Source: an uncultured Clostridia bacterium
Lineage (GTDB): Bacteria > Bacillota > Clostridia > TANB77 > CAG-508
Direction: 5' to 3'
Length of the DNA: 61,723 nucleotides
NCBI GenBank assembly: GCA_947589645.1
Contig: CANQCG010000004.1
Span: 1-61,723 of the forward strand
Shown here: in pieces, positions 51,104-61,149 of the stretch
How the letters are laid out: each line of letters opens with the position of its first letter
Position numbering within the stretch: the stretch's first letter is position 1
Program-made: the position numbers and the translations under genes
Notes under the pieces: generated by a model
What the model saw: the letters and a program-made list of their open reading frames with translations, nothing else
The model's database searches: none
What the model was told of the DNA's origin: nothing

Positions 51104-52846
51104 ATGAAAAAAAATTTAATTTTAACAATACTGTCTGGAATTTTAACAATTTTTATTTGGCACAATTTTGGAATTCATGGAAACAATGTGATATTTCTTT
51201 TTATATTTATATCAGGCATATTTGTGATGCAACAAATACTAAAAAATACAGACAAAAGGAAAATGCTCATAAGTTCTATAATTTCAATAGCATTTGCCAT
51301 TGTAGAGGTAGTAGTAAATAGCATAAATACAGATTATACCTTAAATCATATAATTAATAAATGGCTACCAATTAATATTTTAGGCTATTACAGTATGGCA
51401 ATGATTATTGTGCATTTAGTATTTTCATTTTTTGACTATTGTAGTAATATAAAAGAAAAAGAAATCAGCAAAAAAGATAACATAATTATTAAATTTTTAT
51501 CAAATTCAAAAGTCAGCTTTATAGTATGTGTAATATTAATTTTTATAGCTTGGTTACCATATTTCTTAAGATATTATCCGGGAATAGTTACACCAGATTC
51601 ATGTTGGCAAATAGAAATGGCTATAGGAACAAGTAAACTCTCTAACCATCATCCAATAACACATACAGCAATAATTGCAATATTTGTTAACTTAGGATTA
51701 AAATTATTCCATAATATAAATACAGGTATAGCATTATATACTTTAGCATCTATGCTACTAATGGCTATTATAGATGCATGTGTGTTAAAATACTTAAAAA
51801 ACAATGGAACTTCAAAAATAGTTAGAGTAATTATTCTACTTTACTATATGTTTTACCCTGTAAATGCAATGTATAGTATAACTATGTGGAAAGATGTTTT
51901 GTTTTCAGGAGTTATCCCATTATTAATAATAATGTATAAAGAATTAGTATTTAATACAGATAAGTTCTTTAGTAAAAAATCAAATATTGCTTTATACATT
52001 ATAATATCAATGCTTACAATACTTTTACGTCATAATGGACTATATGCCGTTATACTTTCAATGCCTTTTATAATAATAGCATTAAGAAAATACTGGAAAA
52101 AAACAGTATCACTATTTTTATCAGTAATTGTTTTATATATGCTTAGCAATGTACTGATATATAATATATTAAATATTACAAAAGGCTCAGTATCAGAAAT
52201 GCTATCTATCCCAGTACAACAAATTGCAAGAGTCGAAAAAAATCATAGAGAAGAATTAGGAGAAGACACTTTAAACACTATAAATAAATTCTTTAATGTA
52301 AAAAATATAGGAGATAATTACAATCCAATTCTATCTGACCCAGTAAAATTCAAATTTAATGTAGAATATTTTAACGAAAATAAACTACAATTTATTAAAT
52401 TATGGCTACAGTTATTGGCACAATATCCAAAAGAATATGTAGAATCATTTATATCAAACTCATATGGATATTATTATGTCGAAGCCGAAAATGGTGCAAT
52501 TTTTACAGTTACTATGGATGATCAAGATGCACCTATGGGAATAGAGCAAACGCCTATAATTAATTCAAGATTAGTAGATTTTGCAACCACATTAGTTGAT
52601 TCAAAAGACGAAGTGCTTATAACTATGTTCTTCAGTCTAGGTTTAGCATTTTGGGTATTAGTAACTTGTTTAGCATATAAAATATATTTAAAAGAATATA
52701 AAAACATTCTAATTTATTTACCAATATTCATACTATGGTTAACCATGATAGCATCACCTGTATTTTGTGAATTTAGATATGCATATCCAATATTTACAAC
52801 CCTACCATTATATATAGCACTAAATTTTAAGAAGAAGGGAGAATAA
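51104..52846 (+). CDS. Polytopic membrane protein (DUF6020-like, putative GT-C glycosyltransferase)
   Basis: Many TMs; YYPG..TPDS, NHHP, WKD, RHNG, EFRY motifs. Confidence 0.65.
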   Translation: MKKNLILTILSGILTIFIWHNFGIHGNNVIFLFIFISGIFVMQQILKNTDKRKMLISSIISIAFAIVEVVVNSINTDYTLNHIINKWLPINILGYYSMAMIIVHLVFSFFDYCSNIKEKEISKKDNIIIKFLSNSKVSFIVCVILIFIAWLPYFLRYYPGIVTPDSCWQIEMAIGTSKLSNHHPITHTAIIAIFVNLGLKLFHNINTGIALYTLASMLLMAIIDACVLKYLKNNGTSKIVRVIILLYYMFYPVNAMYSITMWKDVLFSGVIPLLIIMYKELVFNTDKFFSKKSNIALYIIISMLTILLRHNGLYAVILSMPFIIIALRKYWKKTVSLFLSVIVLYMLSNVLIYNILNITKGSVSEMLSIPVQQIARVEKNHREELGEDTLNTINKFFNVKNIGDNYNPILSDPVKFKFNVEYFNENKLQFIKLWLQLLAQYPKEYVESFISNSYGYYYVEAENGAIFTVTMDDQDAPMGIEQTPIINSRLVDFATTLVDSKDEVLITMFFSLGLAFWVLVTCLAYKIYLKEYKNILIYLPIFILWLTMIASPVFCEFRYAYPIFTTLPLYIALNFKKKGE

Positions 52847-52849
52847 TTA

Positions 52850-53809
52850 ATGGAAGAAAATAAGAAAATAGCAGTACTTATACCTTGTTATAACGAAGAA
52901 TTAACTATAGAAAAAGTAATAAAAGATTTCAAAAAAGAATTGCCAAAAGCAGATATTTATGTGTATAATAATAACTCAAAAGATAAAACTGAGCAAATAG
53001 CAAAAGCAAATGGAGCAATCGTTATAAATGAATATAAACAAGGAAAAGGTCATGTAGTAAGGTCACAATTTAGAGACATAGATGCAGATATATATGTAAT
53101 GGTTGATGGAGATGATACTTACCCAGCAGAATTTGTACACAAATTAATAGAAGAGGTAAGCTCAGGAAAAGCTGATATGGCAATAGGAGATAGACTTTCA
53201 AATGGTACTTATAAAAAAGAAAATAAAAGACCATTCCATGAATTTGGAAATAGCCTAGTAAAAAAATCTATAAATCTTTTATTTAAAACAGATTTAAAAG
53301 ACATAATGACAGGTTATAGAGTTTTTAATAAAAGATTCGTAAAAAATATGCCAGTATTAAGTGGAAAATTTGAGATAGAAACAGAAATGTCATTATATGC
53401 ATTAGACAAAAGATACATCATTAAAGAAATTCCTATTATATATAGAGATAGACCAGAGGGAAGCTTTTCAAAGCTTAATACTGTCGGAGATGGAATAAAA
53501 GTTGTAAAAACTATTTTAAAAATGTTTAAAGACTATAAACCATTTAAATTTTTTGGTACAATATCATTAATATTATTTTTAATTGGATTACTTATAGGCA
53601 TGCCTGTACTTATAGAGTTCGTTAAAACAGCTTATATTACTAAAGTGCCATCAGCAATTCTAGCCACTGGAGTAATGATACTTTCAGTATTATCTTTTCA
53701 ATGTGGAATCATATTAGACACAGTTACAAGACAAAACAAAGAAAATTATGAATTAAATTTACTAAGATATGAACAAATTGAAAAAATAAATGAAAAAATT
53801 AGTAAATAA
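52850..53809 (+). CDS. GT2 polyprenol-phosphate glycosyltransferase
   Basis: IPCYNEE, YNNNSKD, GKG, VDGDDTY, DIMTGYR; two C-terminal TMs. Confidence 0.85.
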   Translation: MEENKKIAVLIPCYNEELTIEKVIKDFKKELPKADIYVYNNNSKDKTEQIAKANGAIVINEYKQGKGHVVRSQFRDIDADIYVMVDGDDTYPAEFVHKLIEEVSSGKADMAIGDRLSNGTYKKENKRPFHEFGNSLVKKSINLLFKTDLKDIMTGYRVFNKRFVKNMPVLSGKFEIETEMSLYALDKRYIIKEIPIIYRDRPEGSFSKLNTVGDGIKVVKTILKMFKDYKPFKFFGTISLILFLIGLLIGMPVLIEFVKTAYITKVPSAILATGVMILSVLSFQCGIILDTVTRQNKENYELNLLRYEQIEKINEKISK

Positions 53810-53839
53810 AACAAAGAAGGGAGAACAAATCATTTAAAA

Positions 53840-54574
53840 ATGGATAAAAATATCGCTATAGAAGTAAAAGATTTATATAAAAATTTTACAGTATATTATG
53901 ATAAAGCAAACACTATAAAAGAAAGGCTAATTAGATTAGGAAAAGGCAAAAAAGAAGAAAGAGAAGTTTTAAAAAATATAAATTTAACAATAAAAAAAGG
54001 AGAAGTAGTAGGTTTAATAGGAGTTAATGGTAGTGGAAAATCAACACTACTAAAACTAATGACAAAAATTATATACCCAACCAAGGGAAAAGTTGAAACT
54101 CAAGGGAAATTAACCTCATTACTTGAATTAGGAGCAGGCTTCCATCAAGACTTTTCTGGAAGAGAAAATATTTATTTTAATGCATCAATATTCGGTTTAA
54201 CCAGAAAAGAAATAGATGCGAGATTGCAACAAATTATTGATTTTTCAGAATTAGGAGAATTTATAGACAACCCTGTAAGAACATATTCATCTGGAATGTA
54301 TATGAGGCTAGCCTTTTCAGTCGCTATAAATGTAGATGCAGAAATATTGTTAATAGATGAAATACTTTCTGTTGGAGACCAACATTTCCAAGAAAAATGT
54401 TTTAAGAAAATCGAAGAATTAAAAGAAGAAGGAAAAACAATAGTATTCGTAACTCATACACTTGGCTCTGTAAAAAGATTTTGTACAAGAGCTGTATGGC
54501 TACATAATGGAGTCATCAAAAAAGATGGACAAGTTAAAGAAGTTATAGAAGAATATGTAAAAGAAACACAATAA
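53840..54574 (+). CDS. Polysaccharide/teichoic-acid ABC exporter ATPase (Wzt/TagH-like)
   Basis: GVNGSGKST, YSSGMYMRLAF, LLIDEILSVGD. Confidence 0.92.
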   Translation: MDKNIAIEVKDLYKNFTVYYDKANTIKERLIRLGKGKKEEREVLKNINLTIKKGEVVGLIGVNGSGKSTLLKLMTKIIYPTKGKVETQGKLTSLLELGAGFHQDFSGRENIYFNASIFGLTRKEIDARLQQIIDFSELGEFIDNPVRTYSSGMYMRLAFSVAINVDAEILLIDEILSVGDQHFQEKCFKKIEELKEEGKTIVFVTHTLGSVKRFCTRAVWLHNGVIKKDGQVKEVIEEYVKETQ

Positions 54575-54598
54575 ATTTAAATAGGAGAAAAAACAGAG

Positions 54599-55372
54599 AT
54601 GAATGTATTTAAAAATATCTACAATTATAGAGAATTATTAAAAAATAATGTAAAAAAAGAAATAAGAGGCAAATATAAAAACTCAGTATTAGGTGTAGTA
54701 TGGACATTTTTAAACCCATTATTACAACTATTAGTATATGCTCTTATATTTCCATTAATATTAAGAAGCACACAACCATATTATGTAATTTTCGTATGTG
54801 TAGGCTTAATTCCATGGACATTTTTCACAACTTCAGTATCTCAATCATCATGGACAGTAATATCTAATGGAAACATTGTAAAAAAAGTATATTTCCCAAG
54901 AGAAATATTGCCAATTTCAGTAGTAACAAGTGCAATGGTCAATTTCCTTATTTCCACATTACTAATTATTGCATTTTGCTTTATTTATGGTTTGGGGTTA
55001 ACAAAATATGTTATATTTTTCCCTTTAGTATTGATAATTCAATATATTTTCCAATTAGGAATATCATTTATGCTATCTTCTTTCACTGTTTATTTTAGAG
55101 ATTTAGAGCATTTTGTACAAATTATTTTGCAAGTAATGTTTTATGCAACACCTATAGTATATAGTGGAGATACCATAGCACAACCTTTTAGAACAGTTTT
55201 AAATTTAAACCCAATGACTCATATAATTAATGGTTACAGAGCAATTTTTTATAATCAAACTATGCCAAACCTAGCAAATCTAGGAGTAGTATTTATATTA
55301 TCAGTTGTAATTTGTGTAGTAGGATATTTTATATTTAGAAAATTACAAAAAGGATTTGCAGAGGAACTATAA
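54599..55372 (+). CDS. Polysaccharide ABC exporter permease (Wzm/TagG-like)
   Basis: YKNSVLGVVWTFLNPL, FYATPIVY, NPMTHII. Confidence 0.92.
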   Translation: MNVFKNIYNYRELLKNNVKKEIRGKYKNSVLGVVWTFLNPLLQLLVYALIFPLILRSTQPYYVIFVCVGLIPWTFFTTSVSQSSWTVISNGNIVKKVYFPREILPISVVTSAMVNFLISTLLIIAFCFIYGLGLTKYVIFFPLVLIIQYIFQLGISFMLSSFTVYFRDLEHFVQIILQVMFYATPIVYSGDTIAQPFRTVLNLNPMTHIINGYRAIFYNQTMPNLANLGVVFILSVVICVVGYFIFRKLQKGFAEEL

Positions 55373-55397
55373 TAAAATAGAAAGAATGGGGTAAAAA

Positions 55398-56339
55398 ATG
55401 GAGAATGTAAAAATTTTTGCATGTAGTGATTCAGCAGAGGATTTTACTGACAAAATTTGTAGCAATTTAAAAATCGAAAAAGGAAAAATAAACAGGATGA
55501 AATTTAAAAATGACAATAATTTTGTCCAAATATTAGAAACAGTAAGAGATAAAGATGTTTACTTAATTCAAACTACACAGCCACCAGTAAATGAAAGAAT
55601 TATGGAATTACTAATAACATTAGATGCTATAAAGAGAGCTGCTGCAAGAAGGATAACTGTAGTACTTCCATATTATATCTATTCAAGATCAGATAAAAAA
55701 GACCAACCACGAGTACCAGTAACAGCAAAACTTTTAGCGCAGTTAATTGAAGCAGCTGGTGCAGATAGAGTACTTACATGTGACTTACACAATCCCTCAA
55801 TTCAAGCGTATTTTAAGATAAATTGCGATATATTATCAGGCAGATTCCTGCTAGAAAAATATTTCGATGAAAAAAATATACAAAACAAAGTAATTGTGGC
55901 TACAGATGCAGGAAGTTCAAAAAAGGCATACAAATATGCTCAGCATTTTGGTTGCCCAATAGCCTTAATAGATAAAAGAAGAGATGGAAATAACGATTCA
56001 GCTATTGCATCAAATGTAATAGGAGATGTAAAAGATAAAAATGCCATAGTATTTGATGATGAAGTAGATACAGCTGGATCTATCGCTGAAACAGTAGAAG
56101 TAATTACTAGAGCCGGAGTAAAAGATATTTATGTTGGATGTACACATGCAGTACTTTCCGGACCAGCAATTGAAAGAATAAAAAAATCAAATATAAAAGA
56201 ATTAGTAGTTACTAATACTATTCCTTTAACCGAAAACAAAAAAATAGATAAAATAAAAGTATTAGACATAGCACCATTATTTGCCGAGGCGATCAAAAGA
56301 ATTAACGAGGGCACATCAATAGGAGAATTATTTGAATAA
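55398..56339 (+). CDS. prs: Ribose-phosphate pyrophosphokinase
   Basis: LPYYIYSRSDKK, CDLH, VFDDEVDTAGS, CTHAVLSG. Confidence 0.9.
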   Translation: MENVKIFACSDSAEDFTDKICSNLKIEKGKINRMKFKNDNNFVQILETVRDKDVYLIQTTQPPVNERIMELLITLDAIKRAAARRITVVLPYYIYSRSDKKDQPRVPVTAKLLAQLIEAAGADRVLTCDLHNPSIQAYFKINCDILSGRFLLEKYFDEKNIQNKVIVATDAGSSKKAYKYAQHFGCPIALIDKRRDGNNDSAIASNVIGDVKDKNAIVFDDEVDTAGSIAETVEVITRAGVKDIYVGCTHAVLSGPAIERIKKSNIKELVVTNTIPLTENKKIDKIKVLDIAPLFAEAIKRINEGTSIGELFE

Positions 56340-56458
56340 ATAAAACAATTCCATATTTGCTAAATGGAATATAAAGCGAGCGATATAAGGCAAGCGATAT
56401 AAAGCAAGCGATATAATGCAATATAATAAAATAAAAGATAAAAATTAGAGGAAACGTA

Positions 56459-56893
56459 ATGATAAAGATTAAAGAATTATTAAAAAAGTATGAAGAAGTA
56501 ATAAAATATTTAATTATTGGGGTATTAACAACAATTATAAATTACACTTTATTTGCAATATTATCACAACTTTTGCTTTTGGACATTCATGTAAGTAATA
56601 TAATTGCTTGGATTATAACAGTTATAGTAGCATATTTTGCAAACAAATTATTCGTTTTTGAGAGCAAGAGTTTTAAAGCTAATGTTCTAATAAAAGAAAT
56701 CAGCACTTTTGGGTTTGCTAGAGTTTTTTCACTAGCATTAGAGGAAATTATCTTATATTTATTTGTAAATTTATTAAAAATGAATGAACTAATTATTAAA
56801 TTAATAGCCAATATAGTTGTTATAATTGTAAATTATATTTTTAGCAAATTTATAATTTTTAAAAAGCCAAATAGCGAAAGCAAAGTATCATAG
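56459..56893 (+). CDS. GtrA family flippase
   Basis: KYLIIGVLTTIINY, YFANKLFVF, NYIFSKFIIF; four TMs. Confidence 0.88.
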   Translation: MIKIKELLKKYEEVIKYLIIGVLTTIINYTLFAILSQLLLLDIHVSNIIAWIITVIVAYFANKLFVFESKSFKANVLIKEISTFGFARVFSLALEEIILYLFVNLLKMNELIIKLIANIVVIIVNYIFSKFIIFKKPNSESKVS

Positions 56894-57040
56894 CAAATTT
56901 AAGATATGAGTTAATTTATAATTAAAAAAACAAATAGCGAAAGCAAAGTATCATAGCAAACTAAAGATATTAGTAAATTTATAATTAAAAAAAACAAATA
57001 GCGAAAGCGAAGTATCATAGCAAATTTAAGATATGAGTTA
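56860..57040. repeat. 63-64 bp tandem repeat x3 including the GtrA gene 3' end
   Basis: caaatagcgaaagcRaagtatcatagcaaa at 56868, 56931 and 56995. Confidence 0.85.
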
Positions 57041-57083
57041 AGACAAATTAAAATAAAGTATTGAAAAGGAGGTAATGTAAAAA

Positions 57084-58040
57084 ATGAAAAAGATATCTAT
57101 TATAATACCAGTTTACAACGAAGAAGAATCATTACCATTTTTATTTGAAAGATTAAATAATTTAATGAATCAATTAGAAAATTATGAATTCGAGATTTTA
57201 TTTGTAAATGATGGAAGCAAAGACAATACATTAGAAATAATAAAACAGCAAAGGCAAATGGATAATAGAATATCATACTTAGACTTTTCTAGAAATTTTG
57301 GTAAAGAAATTGCAATGATTGCAGGGCTAGATTATGTAACAGGTGATGCTGTAATATTCATGGATGCAGACTTGCAAGATCCACCAGAATTAATACTAGA
57401 TTTTGTAAAATATTGGGAAGAAGGCTATGATGATGTATACGCAAAGCGTAGGTCAAGAAAAGGTGAGACTTTCTTAAAAAAATTTACTTCAAAAATGTAT
57501 TATAAGGTATTGCAAAAAGTAGCCGGAATGGAAATACAAAAAGACACAGGTGACTTTAGACTATTAGATAGAAGATGTGCAAATGCATTAAGAAAATTAA
57601 GAGAATCTCAAAGATGTACAAAATCTATGTTTAGCTGGATAGGTTACAAAAAGAAAGAAGTTTTATATGATAGAGACCCTAGAGTAGCAGGAAAGACAAA
57701 GTGGAATTACAAAAAGTTAATTGACCTAGCTATAGATGGAATAACATCTTTTACAACATCTCCACTTAGGTTAGCTACATATATAAGTATCCCTACATTT
57801 ATAATGCTTGGAGTATATTTTATTTATGTAATTGCAAAATGTTTTGTAGTAAACATGCCAATACAAGCATTTCAGGCAATTATATTATTAATATTATTTT
57901 TCTCGGGAATACAAATATTGCTATTTGGCATTTTAGGAGAATATTTAGGAAGAATATTTGTAGAAACTAAGCATAGACCATTGTACTTAGTAAATGAGTA
58001 TAATGGACAAAAAGAGGAAAATGAAGAGAAAATACAATAA
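57084..58040 (+). CDS. GtrB/YkoT-like GT2 bactoprenol glycosyltransferase
   Basis: IPVYNEE, VNDGSKD, FSRNFGKE, MDADLQDPPE, GEYLGRI. Confidence 0.9.
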   Translation: MKKISIIIPVYNEEESLPFLFERLNNLMNQLENYEFEILFVNDGSKDNTLEIIKQQRQMDNRISYLDFSRNFGKEIAMIAGLDYVTGDAVIFMDADLQDPPELILDFVKYWEEGYDDVYAKRRSRKGETFLKKFTSKMYYKVLQKVAGMEIQKDTGDFRLLDRRCANALRKLRESQRCTKSMFSWIGYKKKEVLYDRDPRVAGKTKWNYKKLIDLAIDGITSFTTSPLRLATYISIPTFIMLGVYFIYVIAKCFVVNMPIQAFQAIILLILFFSGIQILLFGILGEYLGRIFVETKHRPLYLVNEYNGQKEENEEKIQ

Positions 58041-58103
58041 ATTACCATTGTTACTTAGTTAACATAAATGCTATAATATAGTAGAAAAGTTAACTAAGGA
58101 GGA

Positions 58104-59777
58104 ATGGGTATGAGTAAAAAAGTAAAACGCATATCACTAAGAATCCTAGTATTCTTTGGAATATGTGTTTTTTTATTGAGCCTTACGATTACGCCTAAAC
58201 AGCATGCTATAACTCAAATTGTAAGCAGTAATATAGATGAAATAGATACTTTAAAATATCCAGGAATAAAGGAAGCAATAACTAGCTTAAAAACAGCACA
58301 TCCTAATTGGAATTTTAAAATATTATATACAGGCTTAGACTGGTATGATGTAATTCAAAACGAATATAAAGGTCATCATGCTACGCCAAGTAACTTAATT
58401 CCTGCCAATAGCAATACATATAACAATAAATGGGTTTGCTCTATATGTGGTTTAGAAACTTATGATACAGGGTCTTGGATATGTGCTTCAGAAAGTGCTA
58501 TTAAATACATGATGGACATTAGAAACTTTTTAGATGATGAGAGCATATTTCAATTTTTAGAGCTTACATATACATATTATAATTATGACCAAATACAAAA
58601 AATGATAAATGGTACATATTTAAATAATAACAGTGTGATAAATGCAATAATAGATTCAGCAAAAACATATAATGTAAATCCATATTATATAATAGCAAGA
58701 TTAATTCAAGAGCAAGGAAAATCAGGAACAGAATTAGTAAATGGTCATGGTTATAATGGAAAATATGCTGGCTATTACAATGCATTTAATATTGGAGCAA
58801 CAGGAAATACCAGAGCAGATGTAGTGTTAAATGGCTTGAAAAGAGCATATGACGAAGGTTGGACAAGTTTAGCATCTTCAATAAGAGGAGGAACAAGTAT
58901 AATAGCGAAAAATTACATAGCAAGAGGTCAAAACACTTTATACTTACAAAAATTTGATGTAGAAAATTCAGATGGAAGTTTATATTCACATCAATATATG
59001 CAAAACCTATTAGCTGCTAAAAACGAGGCTTCTAAGATTACAAAAGTAGTAAACGAACTACAAACTCTAGATAATTCTTATAATTTTCTAATACCAGTAT
59101 ATGACAATATGCCACAGTTTACCGCAACTGAGCCTAATTTACAATATTCACAAGCTGATGATTTAGTAAAAGTAAATGTAGACGGAACATTAAGAATAAG
59201 AAATGCCCCTTCAGGAAATCAAACTATAGGCTGGTTAAATGGAGGAGAAATAGTCTCAAGAATCGAAAAAGCACAAACTAAAGTAAACGGAACATATTGG
59301 GACAAAGTAAGATCAAATACCGGAATTTCTGGCTATGTCGCAAGAGAAACTTTTGAAAATGCACAGGAATATAAATTATACCTAATTCCCTATGAAGAGC
59401 TTGAGCAAGAAGAACAAAATAATAGCTCAGGAAAAGAAGAAAGTGGAGACACAGGTAAATCGAAAAACGAAGGTACAGGAAATGCGCAAGGAAATGAACC
59501 GGGTAATGCACAAGGAAATGCACAAGAAAATACGCAAGGAAATGAACCAGGTAATGCACAAGGAAATGCGCAAGGTAGTGTAAAAGCAGGCGATGTAAAC
59601 AATGATGGCAGAATATCACCAACAGATTATGTACTAATTAAAAATCATATAATGCAAATAGAAATACTACAAGAAGAATCACAAAAAAAGTCAGCAGATG
59701 TTAATAAAGATGGAAAAATATCACCAACAGATTATGTTTTAATTAAAAATCATATAATGTTTGGAACTGAAATTTAA
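58104..59777 (+). CDS. Cell-wall hydrolase (glucosaminidase-like + SH3-like) with C-terminal type I dockerin
   Basis: Signal/TM, ARLIQEQG, YNAFNIGA, HQYMQN. Duplicated GDVNNDGRISPTDYVLIKNHIM / ADVNKDGKISPTDYVLIKNHIM. Confidence 0.8.
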   Translation: MGMSKKVKRISLRILVFFGICVFLLSLTITPKQHAITQIVSSNIDEIDTLKYPGIKEAITSLKTAHPNWNFKILYTGLDWYDVIQNEYKGHHATPSNLIPANSNTYNNKWVCSICGLETYDTGSWICASESAIKYMMDIRNFLDDESIFQFLELTYTYYNYDQIQKMINGTYLNNNSVINAIIDSAKTYNVNPYYIIARLIQEQGKSGTELVNGHGYNGKYAGYYNAFNIGATGNTRADVVLNGLKRAYDEGWTSLASSIRGGTSIIAKNYIARGQNTLYLQKFDVENSDGSLYSHQYMQNLLAAKNEASKITKVVNELQTLDNSYNFLIPVYDNMPQFTATEPNLQYSQADDLVKVNVDGTLRIRNAPSGNQTIGWLNGGEIVSRIEKAQTKVNGTYWDKVRSNTGISGYVARETFENAQEYKLYLIPYEELEQEEQNNSSGKEESGDTGKSKNEGTGNAQGNEPGNAQGNAQENTQGNEPGNAQGNAQGSVKAGDVNNDGRISPTDYVLIKNHIMQIEILQEESQKKSADVNKDGKISPTDYVLIKNHIMFGTEI

Positions 59778-59880
59778 TTTGTATATTAAAACAGCTAAAA
59801 TTTATAATGTTTGGAACTGAAATTTAATTTGTATATTAAAACAGCTAAAGCTTATTATGTTTGCTACTAAAATTTAATTT
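59753..59880. repeat. 50-bp tandem repeat x3 including the hydrolase gene 3' end and stop codon
   Basis: tataatgtttggaactgaaatttaatttgtatattaaaacagctaaa at 59753 and 59803; degenerate at 59853. Confidence 0.85.
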
Positions 59881-59924
59881 ATATCATGCAAAACTTTAAA
59901 TAATTTTAAGGAGGAAATATTAAG

Positions 59925-60752
59925 ATGAAAACAAAAATAATAAAAACTTTGGTTTTAATTACTGCATTTATGCTTATTGCCATAATACCAATACCAAAAG
60001 TCGAAGCAGCAAGTTTTACAGTATCAAAAACTAACGTATCAGTAGAAATAGGAAAGGCAGCAACAATTACAGTAAATGCCTCTACACATACAGGAAGAAT
60101 TAATGTAACATCTTCAAATACAAGTGTTGCAACTGTAAGTAGTGGAAGCTTTTGGGTAGAAAATAATTCACAAACCTTTACAATAAGTGGAAAAGCAGAA
60201 GGAACTGCGACTATTACTGTGCAAGGAGAATTATATGATTCATCAACAGAAGAAGAAAAAGTATTTACCAAAACAATAAACGTTACCGTAACAAAGCCTG
60301 TTGTAGCAGAACAGCCAAAGCCATCTACAAATGGTGGAACTAACCAAGGGACAAGTAGTTCAGGTACAACTTCAAAACCTTCAACTAATCAATCAAGTAG
60401 TAAGAAAACAACTTCAAGTAGCACAAAAAGTTCAAATGCTTCAAGCAATCAAGCAAAAAGCGGTTCACAAAATGCAAACAACATAAATCCAATAACTTCA
60501 ACCGAGCCAATACTTGATGATGAATCAATAATAGAAGAACCTATTCAAGATGAGCAAAACACAAAAGAGGAAGAGTTAAAACAAGAAGAACAACCAGCAG
60601 AAAATGAGGCACAAGAACAGGAAGAAAACAAACAAAAAAATATAAATCTTATTAAAATAAATAAAAATATAATGATGATAGGAATAGGTTTTATAGCAGG
60701 TTTAGTAATCGCTTTTGGAATTATGATAATTAAAAAAATATTACGAAAATAA
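59925..60752 (+). CDS. Membrane-anchored surface protein: Ig-like domain, Ser/Thr-rich linker, C-terminal TM
   Basis: Signal peptide ending VEA, beta-rich domain with VTSSNTSVATVS, acidic stalk, TM plus basic tail. Confidence 0.75.
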   Translation: MKTKIIKTLVLITAFMLIAIIPIPKVEAASFTVSKTNVSVEIGKAATITVNASTHTGRINVTSSNTSVATVSSGSFWVENNSQTFTISGKAEGTATITVQGELYDSSTEEEKVFTKTINVTVTKPVVAEQPKPSTNGGTNQGTSSSGTTSKPSTNQSSSKKTTSSSTKSSNASSNQAKSGSQNANNINPITSTEPILDDESIIEEPIQDEQNTKEEELKQEEQPAENEAQEQEENKQKNINLIKINKNIMMIGIGFIAGLVIAFGIMIIKKILRK

Positions 60753-60854
60753 ATAATTGGTAACAGTGCATTGTTGTTATGCCTTTCAAATAAATTAAAC
60801 AGTTGAAAAAATTTTGGACTTATGGTTTAATTTATAAAAAGGAGACAAACAAAC

Positions 60855-61145
60855 ATGGATGATATATTTTTAAAACCAGAAGAAATACTAACAGTTGATT
60901 TACATGAAATGACTGTTGCAGAAGCCGAATATTATTTGGAGAAGGAACTTGATACTGCTCCAGAATATGTTAAAGTAGTAGAGGTAATACATGGCTTTCA
61001 TAAAGGACGAGCAATACTAAATATGGTTAGAAAAGAATTTAAACATCCTAGGATTGAAAGAAAGTATGTAGGACTAAATGGTGGAATTACGAAGTTTGAA
61101 TTAAAGAAAATAGAAAAAAACAATTTAGAAAAAAAGAAAAATTAA
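60855..61145 (+). CDS. Stand-alone Smr/MutS2 C-terminal domain protein
   Basis: VDLHEM, VIHGFHKG, NGGIT. Confidence 0.85.
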   Translation: MDDIFLKPEEILTVDLHEMTVAEAEYYLEKELDTAPEYVKVVEVIHGFHKGRAILNMVRKEFKHPRIERKYVGLNGGITKFELKKIEKNNLEKKKN

Positions 61146-61149
61146 AAAA

